Shown in pieces: positions 33,723 to 48,344 of a stretch of 64,000 nucleotides of DNA. Within the stretch, counting starts at the first letter, position 1; the number at the start of each line of letters is the position of its first letter. Both the position numbers and the translations under genes were made by a program. Origin of the DNA: Azolla caroliniana. Taxonomy: Eukaryota; Plantae; Polypodiophyta. Where the stretch lies: the NCBI GenBank assembly GCA_043228905.1, contig JBHGNT010000003.1:22134001-22198000 (forward strand), given 5' to 3'. Below the pieces are notes generated by a model. The model saw only the letters and a list, made by a program, of their open reading frames with translations. It did not search any database and was not told where the DNA came from.

Positions 33723-36700
33723 ATGGGAGATACTGGTAATGGAGGTGGAGCAGCTGATTCATATATCGGCAGTTTGATCAGCCTCACATCCAAAAGTGAA
33801 ATTCGCTATGAAGGAATCCTCTATACAGTTGATACTGTAAATTCTAACATTGCCCTTCAGGATGGTATGCTCTTAAGCAATCTCAATATTCTATCATTTT
33901 TTCACAAACTGATCAACCTTTTGCTAATCTAAGGCATTTGGAAATAGCACATGCTTCTTAAACAAACACGAATTTATTGTAATGCCTTCTGAACACTTTG
34001 CATTATCTGCATTAATCAATGGGTTATCCTCAGGCGTAAGTGAACCATTATTTTTCATAATAATTTGCTGATATGTGATGACATATTTGTGAGGCATGTT
34101 GTTCTCTATTTTTGATTTTCAAACTGCTTCCATTCAGTGCTTATATTAATACACCGACATAAATTATAAGAAGTAAATAACCAAAACTAGGTGATTTTAA
34201 TTAATCTCACAATTTTTTGATCCTGGTGGAGCATAGTCTCCCTAGCATACCTTGAAGCAATATGTAAAATTGATTATGGTCTCTAACATGTTGATAGAAA
34301 CCATAAAAGCCGAGAGCATAAAGTTTAATATAGAATCTATTTCTATTCTTAGGGATAAATTTATGTAATCTGTTTAACACGAATTTGTACATTTTTCATA
34401 TAATTTGGACATTAGCAAGTTTTTTCGGTTGAATGGTATATTTCCTTCAATAACTATTTAATTACCTTTCTATTTTATTGTTATTGCCTTAATTAAAATA
34501 ATTCCCATCCTTCGTAATGCCATAAATTATTGTGGGAGGTTTTTCTTTTAGAGAATAGCTCATTGTGTTTTTCAAAATAAAATTTGGTAACTAGCTACTT
34601 TCTGTTTGTTGGTAGGAATTTCTTTGAAAAAGCTATTGTGGTTGGTTATTAAACTACTTTTAGTAACTCTGCCTTCAATGGTCATATCGTTATGAGTTTT
34701 CTCTTACCTGTTACATGTAGTTTACTTCTTGTATTATTAATTAATCGTTTTCTTTTACAAAACTATTTAAGAGCGACGCTTTTATGTTAGTAGATTGTGG
34801 ACTCCGCAATAGAAATATATTTTTTACTTGTCGGAATCTACAAATAGCACTGTAAAGTTTTACGAGTTTGAACTGGTATCTTAATGAGGCTTGTTTTTGG
34901 CTGCAGTAAGATCCTTTGGAACAGAAGGAAGAAAGAAAGATGGTCCCCAGATCCCTTCAAGTGATAAAGTCTATGATTACATCATCTTCCGTGGAACAGA
35001 TATTAAAGTAGATTCAATTTTTATCTTATCACTTAATTACGATTTTTTTATTTATTTCACGATGGGTACAAAGATTCTCCTCCATTGTACAGGACTTGCA
35101 GGTTAAGTCTTCACCACCAACACGAGCAGCTCCGCCACCTCAGGGACATCATGATCCAGCTATAATTTCTGTGCAGGTTTCGTATTTTTTGAATGCCTTA
35201 CTATTAATAGAACTCCTGAATTTTTGATGAGAATATTGATTATAACCTTTATATAATGTGGATTTTGGCCTCAAGTTTGAAATTTAATTTGATAGTTGGG
35301 ATGAACCTTTATATGATAAGGATGCCTAAGGATGCAAATTTACAGGATTATGGCATTGCTTTATTTTTAACTGCCGATTTCTGATAGTAAACATTTCATC
35401 CTAACCTCATCTATGATAACTTCCTTGTTTATTGTGCAGTCACAAACACCACCAATACTGCCACCTTCATCTAGTCTTAACACTGGCTCCACAGCTGGAA
35501 CCAATCCCACTGATCTAACCAATTCTGGACCATATTCGGACATTCCTTCACCTGCTTATCAGAATGGTATTCCCTATTCATACCCACCCTATGGAGGTAT
35601 GGGATCATGGAATATGTCACAAATGCACTCTGCTACCAATGGAACTGCCCCATTGCCAATGTATTGGCCAAACTATTATAGGCCGCCGCCTCAGCAACAA
35701 TCTCAAATTCCTCTTCAGACACCATCCACGTTAACACCAAACTATTTGGCACAAGCTCAAATGATTCAAGAACCCTTCTCTACATCCACATCTCTGCCAG
35801 TGTCATCATCTTTGCCTAATGAGAGTACTAAAGACTCACCATCAGATTCGTTGGAACTTCCATTGTCAGCAGGCATTTCCTCAAGCTTGCAAATGTCAAG
35901 CTCATTAGAGTATACAAATGTGTCATCAACTGTAGAAGAGAGAACCACTGGGGTTGCAGTGGCATCAAAATTAGCTTTGCATACAGGGGAAGCAAATCTG
36001 TTGGAGGTTCAGTCTGTTGGTACTTCGGCTACCCAAAGTAGTAAACAAGGACCATTGTTGAACCATTCCAGAAGCTCAGATATTGATTCTCAAAGCCAAC
36101 CTCCTTTATTTGACCGCACTGGTGCTGAAGCGTATTCAACAAAAGAGAGCATTCTGGCTTTAGAATCTCAGTCACAACATACCTCGGATAAACCCTTATT
36201 GCCATTGCCCGCGAGTTCAGTTCGCCAAGATCAGGTACACTTTGGTTTTTATTATGTATTTTTAGGTTATTATTTGGTAGATAATTAGCTTTAGAATCAT
36301 ATGGTGCATCTTCTTTTCACTTATATGACACATTGTTGCAACTTGTTCGGGAGGACCTCTCTCAAACGAAACTTTCCTCCTCTCTCTCAAGGAAATGTGT
36401 CTCCATCTTTATCTCAATACCAATCCAACCTTGCTCTCTATTGCCCTTTCTGGAACATCTTGATGAAAACCTTTATTCTCTTTCTTGCTCACTCAAACCG
36501 ATTTGTTGTTCTGAAAGACGAGACAACACTTAACTTGTAATCTCTTGTTTGGTCTTATAGGTCATTTGGCCTCTTTAAAGACGTTAATATCTCTTTCTTC
36601 TTTCTGCTTCTCCATCTCAGCTTCCTTTAGATAATGACTCTCTTAAACCAATTGCTCTCAAGCAGATGCCTCTCAAGGCAACCTCTCTTTTGCTCTCTCT

Positions 36701-39404
36701 CAGATATTTAACCACTCCTTATGTGATCGGCCAGGGGTCTCTCTCTTACAAAGCTTGCAAAAAATTACAAGGCCAAAAAATACTCGAATATTGAGTTCTA
36801 GATGAACATAATATATCATAAGATAAGATACAGTACACTCGCTTTGTGATGTCTAATTGATTCCTTGCTGAATGATGCTTTTTGACACCAACAAAGTATC
36901 ACGGCTGGAAGAGATGTTTAGGATCACTGTTTTTGCTCTTGCAGTTTTTTAATGATAAACATCCAATTTCTCCTTCGCTCTTGGGTTGATGATTTTGATA
37001 AATCGTTCTTACTTTTAAAGCATGCTTGTAAACTCTGTCATGGACATTCAACTCACTTTTTTCTACTAGTTTGTAGCAATGAGTTGTGCACCTAACCCGA
37101 AATGGTGCTATAGAAGTTTCATTTATATTTATTCTATTTCATTCCATGAGCTTGCCGAAAGTCTGCCTCCTTAAACCCCAGTTCCAAATGGCAGTCTGCA
37201 TCATGAATGCAACGCATTAGTATTGCTCTTATCTTCCATCTTTGGGTTTCACATAAATGGTACATGATGTTAAAAGTCATAGTATTGTGTATGCTGGATT
37301 TCTTTCTCCTGATTAGACATGTGCAAAATGTGTTGATTGGGCATGTCGATTCTGAGGGGGAGACAATGGTCACATAAAGTAAGCAACATATTTAAACAGT
37401 TTTGCATCCCTTGCTTCAAATATGTCACATGCTGCAGAGCTGGTTTTTCCTTGTGTTTGCCTATAAATTTTTGGATGACCGCTTCAAGTTGGTTGATACA
37501 TAGACCAAATAGAGTTGGTTATTTCACCCCCATTTGGCACTATGCATGCTCCATGAAAACCTTCCTCTGTCTTTTCTAACCTCCTCTTACTTTCTGCTAC
37601 CGGGGAAAGAGCAGATGTACTTTTTCACGTAACATCTCTCCTCTGTTTTTTGTAAATAATGATAATGATATTAGCTTTAGGTTTTTTCTAAATTGTCTCC
37701 CCATATATACACTGACTACCATTAAAACATCTCCTTTATATGGTGTATAGATGATGCTTTAGAATTTCCATGACAAGCTATCTTATGTTCATGATTTTGT
37801 TTCTTTTTGCTTTAGGGACATGATTCGTCAATCAACACAGTGCATATGCATATGCAGAGAGGGAGAGGGAGAGGCAGGGGCTATGGAATAATGGTTAGTA
37901 TTTATTAATTCAGACGTGGTAAAATCTGCGAGGCTGTGGATTGCATTCTCATTACTTGTTATTTATATGCAGAATTCTCAATCACGTAATAAGTTTGCTG
38001 AAGACTTCGATTTTATGGCAATGAACGAAAAGTTTAATAAAGATGAAGTTTGGGGAGAGCTAGGGAAGGCTGGCGTAGAGGAGATATCGGAGGACTATCA
38101 CCATGAAGAGGAGGATGTTTCTCATGCTGTAATATTCTTCATTTTGATGATGTGGTTTTACCTTACAGTCATTTCTTAAAATATTTAGGATCTTCATTGG
38201 TTTGAGCTATAGACCAGCCTAAGTAGAGCTCAAGTAAATATTATAAGCTGCCTTAAATTTGGATGCCATAGAAGATCCCTCCATCCAACTTCGTTTTCTG
38301 ATAAAAATTGTTTTTTTTGACCATAGTGCTAAATATGCTTGGCACTATTTTATTGGTCGCCGTACCCCATTTTCTAATATGTTCCGATTCCTAGAAAAAC
38401 TTGATGATTAAGCTAAGCATGGTATTAGTGTCTCGTTATCGTGCTAGAGTCTTGTAAAATTTGTAAGTATCAATGGAGGAACATATGTAATACTGTACAA
38501 ATCAGTCAAACCTGCATTGGCATTCATTTAATAACACCTTAATGTTTTGTTCCAGCCTGCTGCCTATGTGAAGGATGATTTCTTTGATTCTCTATCATCC
38601 AATGTGTTTGATAGAAGTGGGCAAATTGAGAGGCCTAGATTCTCAGAGCAGCGGAGACTTGATACTGAGGTTAGTGTTGATTCTCTTTCCATATATAACG
38701 AAAGATACCAAATTTGCTATAACTATAACTTACTTAGAGCTTTAGTTATCCGTGTCTTTAATTAAAGCTGTTAGTAATTGTTATAAAAGATAAAAATTTG
38801 GGTGAGAGGTACTCTGTTTTGACCAAGGTTACACTCGATGCTTCTGCTAATACCAATGTTATAGCTGCCTTAAGGTGTATATAAGATGTGTTTTCTATAT
38901 GCAAAAACACTGAAAAAAACTGTTTAGAGAGTCAACCAGGGGTATTTGCTGAAATAATAATTGCTCATGGGCATTTGGTAAGCTAAAAAAAAGATCAGGG
39001 GTATTTCATTGGTTTTTTTCTTTTTCCTTTTTCATATGAAAAATATGTTAACCAATCACGTAGAAACATAATTAGGGAAAGACCTGAACAACGCATGGAT
39101 GTCCTTCAATTTGAATTCTTTTTTATAAATGCCTAGTATTGTCCGATCTTTCTTTCACTCCCTGAAACTGGGATCCACACAAAATATAATGGCAATTTGA
39201 GATTATAAAATTAAAGGAATAATCCAGTTGAACATTTTGTTTTTGAACCAGACCTTCGGAAAATTTTCTGTAAGACATCATGGTGGGCGTGGAGGGCGTG
39301 GTGGTTTCCGAGGTGGAAATAGAGGAGGCTACTATGGAGGAGGAAGAGGAAATGCATATGGAGGACGAGGAAGGAGTACCTCACGGTATCCACAATCTTA
39401 CTAA
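33723..39404 (+). CDS. DCP5: Protein decapping 5 (LSM14/Scd6 family: LSm14, FDF, FFD/TFG, RGG), 8 coding exons
   Basis: Exons 33723-33864 ([20 protein letters not shown]), 34907-35007 ([15 protein letters not shown]...[10 protein letters not shown]), 35093-35176 (DLQVKSSP...DPAII), 35440-36234, 37816-37893, 37973-38128 ([21 protein letters not shown]), 38556-38669 ([11 protein letters not shown]...RRLDTE) and 39252-39404 (TFG...RGG, stop). Confidence 0.95.
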
Positions 39405-41579
39405 CGCATGCAAGCAATTACAGCGCATTACCACATCTTACTTCTAAATTTCAGCAACATGATTTCACTAATTTCGTTTGTTTACATTTCACTTTTCTTT
39501 TTGAACTATTATGATTTAGGTTTTTTGGTTCGTCATGATTTTAGCTCATGACCTTTTTTTTGTTTGTCATGATGTTAATCTGCATGACCTCTAGTAACTA
39601 TGCTGGTGTAGTATTTTAGATTTGCAAATAGGGGGCTGTTTATAATGGTTTTTTTCAGATGGGTGTTTCCTGTTACCAGATAAAAGTCAGATCTAAGTTT
39701 TGATCTCCCTTGGCCATGTTTAAGCTTCTTATGGCCAGCCTAAAGGAGAAGTGATAACTTGAGTTTCTCTTAATCAAGTTGTTGAGCTTTCAGGTCTGGC
39801 AAAGACTTGTCAGAAATATGATTCACCTACCTATTGTTTAGGTATTGTGTAAACTGTTTAAACAGCAGGGTAACAGTGAATATATGTGCTTCTGCAATAT
39901 AAACGAATCGAAAGATTACGTATTTGTTTTTTGTTTGTTAATTTTTCCTTTTGTTAATCTGTGAGATTTTAATTTTGTGTGGTAATTGTAGGAGATCTTA
40001 GTGACCTCAGCTGTATGTGGGGTAGAAAGTATGTCCAAAATAAAAGGTTTTCAGGAATATGTAGGTGTGAAGCTAATGATGTGGGTTACCATTGAACAAT
40101 AAATATTGAAAAACGAAGATGTTTGTGTAATATGTCAATGGGAAAGATGGCTACAGGTTTTAGTTTGTTAGATGCCTCTTTGGAGGGTTGAATGTTTTAA
40201 TCTGATGTGGAAAGTCTAGTCAGGATGAAACTCTTTCAGGAATGTGAGGTAATAATGTAGTAGGGTACCAGAACAGTAAATGTTGGAATACCAAGATGCT
40301 TGTGTAGTACATCAATTAGAAACGTTATATGGCAATAGGTTTTAGTTTGTTTCCTTATTCTCGTTTATTCATTGGTTTTGTTTGTGTAGTATATCAATCA
40401 GAAAGATTATATGGCAATATGTTTTATTTTGTTTCCTTATTCTTGTTTATTCATTGGTTTTGTTTATTTATTACTCTCAAATGTGGTCTCACACTTTTAA
40501 ATGTCGTCTGATTGGAGTGTAAATGAACTAACTAATTTTTCATGTTGCCCTAGAACTAACAAACATACACATGCTTATTAGTCTAATGAAGAAATCCATC
40601 ATTCTGTAGGAATTTTTTGTTGGTTGTCAATTAACTGATTTCTTATACATACACAACAATGATCATTATGATTAGGAATAACATTGCAGTGGGATTCATC
40701 ATTGAGAATATACAGATATAGATATTGGAACAAATAGCTATAAATATGTAATTGGGGTTTAGGTGTAAGGGTGTACCATGTGGCCTCTACCACTCTTTAT
40801 GTATCCAATTTAAACTAGCCTTAGGTATAGGGGTGGAGGAGGCTAATAAAAGCAAATGGACTAACCAGCTTAACCAGTTTAACATGGTTTGGCATGTTTC
40901 TAGTGGCTCAGAACCAACCAAAAGTGCAACCTAAATGAAGCTTACTTGATTAGTTAAACTGGCAAACCACTTAATAACAATTTAATGGCTATGTTCAACC
41001 TAAACCAAGCTTACTTGATTAGTTAAACTAGCAAACCACGTAATAACAATTTAATGGCTATGTTCTGGCTTGTGTCCTAGGTAATGCTACATTTTGTTGT
41101 AGTGTGTGCACTATGTTTAGAGAGACTAGTGTGGATTGAGAGGAATTATTTAAGAAGAGATTAGTTATATAGATCGCATGATTTGGCAACTTCGACACAC
41201 TATAGATTACTTTTGGAACAAGCTTAAACTCAACATCAAGGGAATGCTAAAATTAAAACCTGGCCTTTAGCATACAAACTTTGTGATAAAATATATAATG
41301 TGCTCCTAAAATAAATTAAATATGTGAATAAGACACTACTCAATACATGACTTAAGGATGCATCGTAGTCAAGAAAGAGGCATCATTAGTGGAAAAAGAT
41401 GACAAATAAAGAGGAAAAACCTCCAACCGTTCCAAGTAAAAAATTATTCATCATTTTATTGTAACGCAATAGTTATTGTTTATATACATAACGATGCCTT
41501 TTGCAAGTCTGAGGCATTTCAAACGAATGAGATCCTTCTTGCCTTTTGTTATTCACATCTCCTTGAGTAGGATAGAATT

Positions 41580-44500
41580 TAATCTAGTGGGAATGGTGGT
41601 TGTTCTTGATAAGAGTTTATAACATAAACATGCGACCTGAATATTACTACCTTCTTCCTCGTAGGTGGCACGCTTGAGATGAAACTGATCGGATATGATT
41701 TCGTTTGTGACAACCCCATATTTGTGCTTCAACATGGAAGCCAAGCATTTTTGCCATTCTTTGGCAGACTGCAATATTGTTGGCCGGATATGAGAGATGC
41801 TTGATGATGGTGCAGGTAGAGGGTAGTTTTTTGGCAATTTAAGTTGGGCAAATGAATGATCTTTTACAAAAGTACCTGCAATGGGAATGGCAGAGTTAAT
41901 GCCGAGCTTAGCAGTTGTAGTCAATATCCAAACTAAACCATTAACATATGGAAGAGCTCTCTCCAGCCCCTCTTTAAGAGGCTCTAACAAACAGGTAATT
42001 GTGACGCCAGGTTGGTTTTCTAGTGGGCGTGGGGACGTTTTCTCCTCGCAACAGAGCTGAACTCTTATAGATGAAACATGGCCTCCTGATACTGTAGTCA
42101 CCAGCTTCCTTATATTGTTCACACCATCACTAGTAAGGATGACGAAACGAGGTAGCTGCTTCTCAGCCTCAGACTCCATGACAAACTTTAGTAACTTGTC
42201 TACAACTTCTCCAACCTTGCTCGGCACATCTTTCCTCAGATCTTTCAGGCTACTATGTATTTCATCCAATTACTTTCTAAATCTTGGCTATTTTTCAAGT
42301 TAGTCATGGACACACAACAATTACTTTGATGTTGCTTGTATCCATTGACATCATCCATCTGCAATAATATATCTTTCACCTCCTCCAACCACGCTTTACA
42401 AGACATGATGACCTCCGAATAATTCTTGGAACCAAGGATATCAATGAATGAGTTTGTTGAACATTTACCCATATACTTCCATTTCTTCCAAACATGACAT
42501 TCTTGCTCACCTTGCTCAAGTTGCCTCCTTTACTTTTCCTTCAAACTAGTGATTTTAATGCAGTGATCTTCCTTATGTTCAGGCTTTGATGGGTCATGGA
42601 AGGAGTCAGGTTGAATAACACTCTCGATAACTTAACACCTTGATTTCCAGTGAGTTGTGCACATATTTTAATCAAATGGTTGATGACATTTACTTAAACA
42701 TAGTCTAAATTGCCTTCCATATATGTTTGTTAGGTATTAGGATTTGATGCCCGAACCAACACATCTATCACATGGTCTAATTTTGCTTTACAAAACACCA
42801 CGATGATCTCCATGTTTCGCACATAGATAGAAATGAAATCTTTGCCAAGATTGATATCAGCGTTACCCTCTTCTTGGAAAATATTGCTAAATACCGCTTA
42901 AATCCTTGGGAACAATCCTGGAGTAAGCAATGTGAGGTTTGCATTTTCACATTCTAGTCTTCTACCCATATATACATACGGATTTCAATCATTTGAAGTG
43001 CTTGTGTCTAAGGTTGTCCATTTGAGTAGTTGATACATACCGACAAATAATCCTCCTCCAATGGGATCTAATGTCAATGTGGCTGGGATAAAGAGCATAT
43101 ACTTATTCCTGGTTGACTGGTCATGGTTATCCAACACCTTGCAACAAAGATGCATTGCTTCCATCAAATCTATCAACAAAGACCCCTTCACTCCATCTTT
43201 GGTGACAAGTTCCAACGTGTCTTCTAGGAATATAGGCTTGCAGATTTCACTAAACTTTGACCAAGTGATGATTCTTTGGTTTGATGTCGCGAAATGCTTT
43301 GATAGATGCTGGCCTACTTCCGTGCAAATATCATAAACCATAACACCTTGAAGCATTTGCTCGACGATGTTAAAAATATGTTGGGAGAGATGTTTTACGG
43401 AACCCCTCTTTCTTGCATCCACTTCGAAAGTGGTGTCGTCTATCTGAATGACCTCTTTGAACTTGGATCGAAGTGAACCAATTGTATTTGACATGGGACT
43501 TGCAATGAGCTCATTTGATCAGCACGGGTGAATACTACAATCACTTTAAGAGGAGTCTTGGATTTGCGAAATTTGGAGGCAAGGAACTTGAGCCAATAAC
43601 TAAAGCTCACGTCAAATTCTTGCTCTGTTTTCTCTTCCAATCCATAGACTGGATTAATGTGCCTCCACCACCAGTCAGAACCCTTTCGTAGATAGAGTGC
43701 ATGGTGTTGGGTCTATCCACTCATGTGGAGCCCATGTCATGGAGTCGGCTGAGAGCCAGCTACCAACATACTAATTCAGGCTGAGTGTTGAATCGGCTGG
43801 GCATCGATTCAGGCTGAGCGTTGATTCGGCGGGACGCCGAATCGACTTAGAGCTAAAGAAAGGAAAATTTTGTATGTTTATTAATATATATATATATATG
43901 TACATTTTTTATGTGTCCTTTTTTCTTCTTGTGTGTGTGTGTGTTTTGTATGTCTATGTGTGGATGCAAATACGAAAAGAGGAGACGTTACTCCAAAAAG
44001 GCTGATAAAAAGAAGGCATAGAAAGAAAAACGCAGAGAGGGAAAAAGTGAGAGAAAGACAGAGAAAACAGAGCGCGTTACAAAGAAAAACTACACATGAG
44101 TGAACATAACTAAGGCTGGAAAAACAAAGATTCGAGAAGAAGAGGCGTGTGAGAAAAACACAACAAAGTTTCTGCAAGAAAACATAAACAAGTGTGAGAG
44201 CTCGAGAACAGGGTGATCGAGAGCGAGAACTCGTTGCAAGTGTAAAGACAAAGATCTAACGAGGTGTTGTCTGGACTACCCAAAAGAGTCACAACAACTC
44301 TTCTGTCCACTTCTAATAGGTTTATTTGTTCTGTGTTTTTGGTTTATTTCCTGTTGTTTATCCTATCTGGTAGGGTGAATATTGTATCCAAGGTGGTAGC
44401 CTTCAAATATATTTGCCTATCTCTAAAGTAAGCTCTAGAGGCTGTCAACACCTTTGTATACTCAGAAAATAGTGAATTTGTTTCGGAACGTAAGGTTCCC

Positions 44501-45090
44501 GTGGTTTTTCCCAAATTTGGGTTTTCCACGTTAAATCTCGGTGTATTCTCTCATTTTCGTATTGTGGTTTCATCCATTGTTTATCAACTGTTAATTGTCT
44601 TTGAAATTTTAATCATCCCGATTCCCAACACATATTCCCAAACACATGGTGGATAGGAGGGTAGTCTTTCCCGCATATGCATCTCCACAAATGAACTACC
44701 GCATTGACTTCGCCGGTACTCTCTCAAGATCTCCTAATATGAACCTGCGCCGGTTCCTCTCCAGCTGGGCTTCGATGGCAGAATCCATGTCCTAAAGGAA
44801 CGGAAGGCCGGACTGAGAGAGTGCATCGATCACCGCAGCAATTACAGAGGGTATTGAGGTATAATCGTCCTCCTAAGGAAAGACTGTGTAATCGAGGATG
44901 ATCAGTGGTTGCTCCAATCTATGACCAGGAAGAGGTTCTGAACATTAGACACCTGAATGAGCGGATTCAAGACATCCAGAGCCGCTCTGGATTTCTTGCA
45001 CGCTGCAAGAACTTCCTCTGTCCTCCACTTCTTACGGATGCGGCGGACGGTTCTCGTGATAATGCCGGGATGATGATGCAGCCATGTCAT
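41580..45090 (-). pseudogene. TORNADO1-like Roco pseudogene (paralog of 51736-55659)
   Basis: Collinear fragments KKWRTEEVLAAC, ICGDAYAGKTT, EEKTEQEFDVSFSYWLKFLASK, DLMEAMHLCCK and AEKQLPRFVIL...VACLCYK, broken by large deletions, frameshifts, stops and a solo LTR. Confidence 0.9.
43705..44630 (+). mobile_element. Solo LTR inserted in the Roc domain of the pseudogene
   Basis: Termini TGTTGGG...CCCAACA. TSD CATGG at 43700-43704 and 44645-44649 (the latter after a 14-bp end duplication). The intact paralog has a single CATGG at 54427. Confidence 0.85.
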
Positions 45091-46079
45091 TAAGATTAAT
45101 TATACTCAATGTTTTGGGAATACTAATAATTATAATCAATGATTCGGAAATAATTCAAACCAATTTAATTGAGAGAATATTAATCTGTGTGTGTGTGTGT
45201 GTGTGTGTGTGTTTGGGTATGTACCAATCCGAAACCGATTAAGGTGGCCAAGCTTCAAGTAACTAATTTGGCTGCAGACAGAAATGGGTAGATACTTTAA
45301 TAATGACCGCTTATACTAGTTGCATAGCAGCAGGCGCAGATTGGGAATAGTAAGCTTTGACCTTCATCCAATGGAAAGCAAGTTAGGATCAAAGCAAACG
45401 AGAAACTCGAAAAGCATTATTCCAATCCATTTAACTGTAAATTACGGCAGAAGATAAGAGCTTTCTTCTATACTACTAGTGTGTAGATTATTCCATCTTG
45501 GTTTCTTCATCTTAATAATTACAGAGCTGATACGGCCATTGGGTGTGACATTATCACTAATTATGCGTATGGTATTGGAATGATGCATGCAGCCTCCTCA
45601 TCCACAGCTACATCCTATTGGGATGCTATGGATCCCCAAATATCTCAACAGATGTACCAAAAAAGCGAAAATGGCACATACCATTGCTCGATTTCTTATG
45701 GCTAGTACAATCATGACAAACTACATGGGGTAATGCATGAAGAAACGATCGAGTCAACAAACTTTCCAAGTACCATGCCATATCTAAGAAATATTGTTTC
45801 TTATTTGTTACGAACATTTAACTAAGTTCTTTAACCTTAGGGTTAGGTGTGAGCTAATTAATGCCCAATAAAGGGTGAGGGTTGAGTTATCTCAATTATT
45901 CTATTGTGGGAAACAACTTTAGAGTTTTCATCACTTGGTCACTTATTAAAAAAAGGAACTTGAAGTATGCAACATACAAGGGCCTAAGTTTTAACCCATA
46001 TAGATATGGTTCCTTCTTTAAATCCAACGTAGAATCCATGTATGAACTCTTGTACTCAATTGTAAGGGACACCAATGGG

Positions 46080-46850
46080 GGACTTGGATCTGTCTCTCAC
46101 CTTCTCTTGGGTTTTAGGTGGATTAGCGCCATTTCTTCGTTCTGTGCAATGTTAATTTAAAGAAAAATTGACGACTATCGAAATTCTCGTATTTACAAAT
46201 TGACATTTCCTAGAGGATATATTGGGACGAGTTATCAAATCTAAAGTGAATGGGCCTTTATTGGTAGATTTGATGGTAGCAATGCACCTTTGTTGTAAGG
46301 AAGGAAAATAGGCTATTCATTACAACCACATTGATGAATTCACATCGAGAATTGGAACAAGTTCTCTAGAGATCCACTACCATAAGAATTTTAGAGAAAT
46401 ATGTACCTTTCTTACACCATGACTCTTCCCAAGGACTCAAGTTTTATTTAACAATGCTTTTCAAGTTAAGAGTAATACTTTTATAAATCTCGACAAAGAT
46501 TTCATTTCCGTTTATGTTCCAAAAATGAAGATCATTGTAGTGTTTTGTACAACAAAATCAGACTATGTGATTGATGTTCTAGTACGAGCTACTATTGATA
46601 TTCAAGAGACCTTAGCCTATGTACAAGACAATGGTATGGAATTTTTGGTCATAAGATGTGTGCACCCCCATTGACATCCAAGGAGTTCAATTTATCGAAG
46701 TGTGTCACCTGACGTAATTCCTTTCATGATCCTTCAAAGGCAGAAGAAAGAGAAGATCACCGTGTGAAAATTATTATTTTGAAGGCCATATATAACAGGA
46801 ATGAAATGGCCCAAAGGCCATATTATATATAGAGACAACCCGAGTATCTC
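46080..46850 (+). pseudogene. Divergent Roco (COR-region) pseudogene fragment, opposite orientation
   Basis: FLEDILGRVIKSKVNGPLLVDLMVAMHLCCK and FLTP*LFPR...INLDKDFISVY...DYVIDVLVR; duplicate of 60830-61450. Confidence 0.8.
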
Positions 46851-46874
46851 ATCAATTTTTGATGAAAAGAAGTG

Positions 46875-48340
46875 GAAAATATTTAGGATCTTCATTGGTT
46901 CGAAATATAGACCGGCCTGAGTAGAGCTCAAGTAAATATTATACATGAATGTCATAAGCTGCCTTAATTTTGGATGCCATAGAAGATCCCTCCATCCAAC
47001 TTCGTTATCTGATAAAACTTGATTTCTTGGTTGGCACTATTTTATTGGTTGCTGTTCCCCCATTTTCTAATATGTTCCAATTCCTAGAAAAACATGACGA
47101 TTAAGCTAAACATGGTATTAGTGTCTCGTTATGGTGCTAGAGTCTTGTAAATTTTGTCTCAATGGAGGAACATATGTAATACTGTACAAATCAGTCAATC
47201 CTGCATTGGCATTCGTTTAATAACACCTTAATGTTTTGTTCCAGCCTGCTACCTATGTGATGGATGATTTCTTTGATTCTCTATCATCCAATGTGTTTGA
47301 TAGAAGTGGGCAAATTGAGAGGCCTAGATTCTCAGATCAGCAGAGACTTGATACTGAGGTTAGTATTGATTCTCTTTTAATATATAACGAAAGGTACCAA
47401 TTTTACTATAGCTATAACTGACTTAGAGCTTTAGTTATCTGTGTCTTTAATGAAAGCTATTAATAATTGTTATACAAAGATAATAATTAAAGCTTTAGGT
47501 TCCCTGTTATGACCAAGGTTACTATTGATGCTTCTGCAAATACCAATGTTATAGCTGCCATAAGTGTATATAAGATGCGATTTTTATATGCAAAAACTCT
47601 GAAAAACCTTGTTTAGAGAATCAACCAGGGGTATTTGCTGAAATAATAAAAGCTCATGGGCATTTGGTAAGATAAAGAAAATATCAGGGGTATTTCGTTG
47701 GTTTTTTTCTGTTTTTCTTTTTTTCTTTTTCCTTTTCCCTAATTATGTTTCTATCTGATTCGTTAACTGTTAACGAATCAGATAGAAACATAATTAGGGA
47801 AAGACCTGAACAACACATGGATGTCCCTCAATTTGAATTCTTTCTATAAATGTCTAGTACTGTCTGATCTTTCTTTCACTCCCTGAAACTAAGATTTAAG
47901 CGAAATATAATGGCAATTTGAGATTAGAAAATGAAAGGAATAATCCAGTTGAACATTTTGCTTTTGAACCAAACCTTTGGTAAATTCTCTGTAAGACATC
48001 ATAGTGGACGTGGAGGGTGTGGGGTCTTCCGAGGTGGAAATAGAGGAGGCTACTATGGAGGAGGAAGAGGAAATGGATAGGAGGACAAGGAAGGAATACC
48101 CCACGGTAACCACAATCTTACTAATGCATGCAACCAATTACAGCGTATTACCCCATCTTACTTTTAAATTTCAGCAACATGATTACACTAATTTCCTTTG
48201 TTTACATTTCACTTTTCTTTTCAAACTATTATGATTTAGGTTTTTTGGTTCGTCATGATTTTTATCTCATTTTTTGTTTGTCATGATGTTAATCTCCATG
48301 ACCTCTAGTAACTATGCCACTGTAGTCTTTTAGATTGGCA
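46875..48340 (+). pseudogene. Duplicated DCP5 3' segment, copy 1 (exon 7 at 47245-47358; exon 8 with mutated acceptor)
   Basis: [22 protein letters not shown]...LDTE. Introns are homologous to 38180-39620. The exon-8 acceptor reads CCAA instead of CCAG, and exon 8 has an indel. Confidence 0.85.
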
Positions 48341-48344
48341 AATA

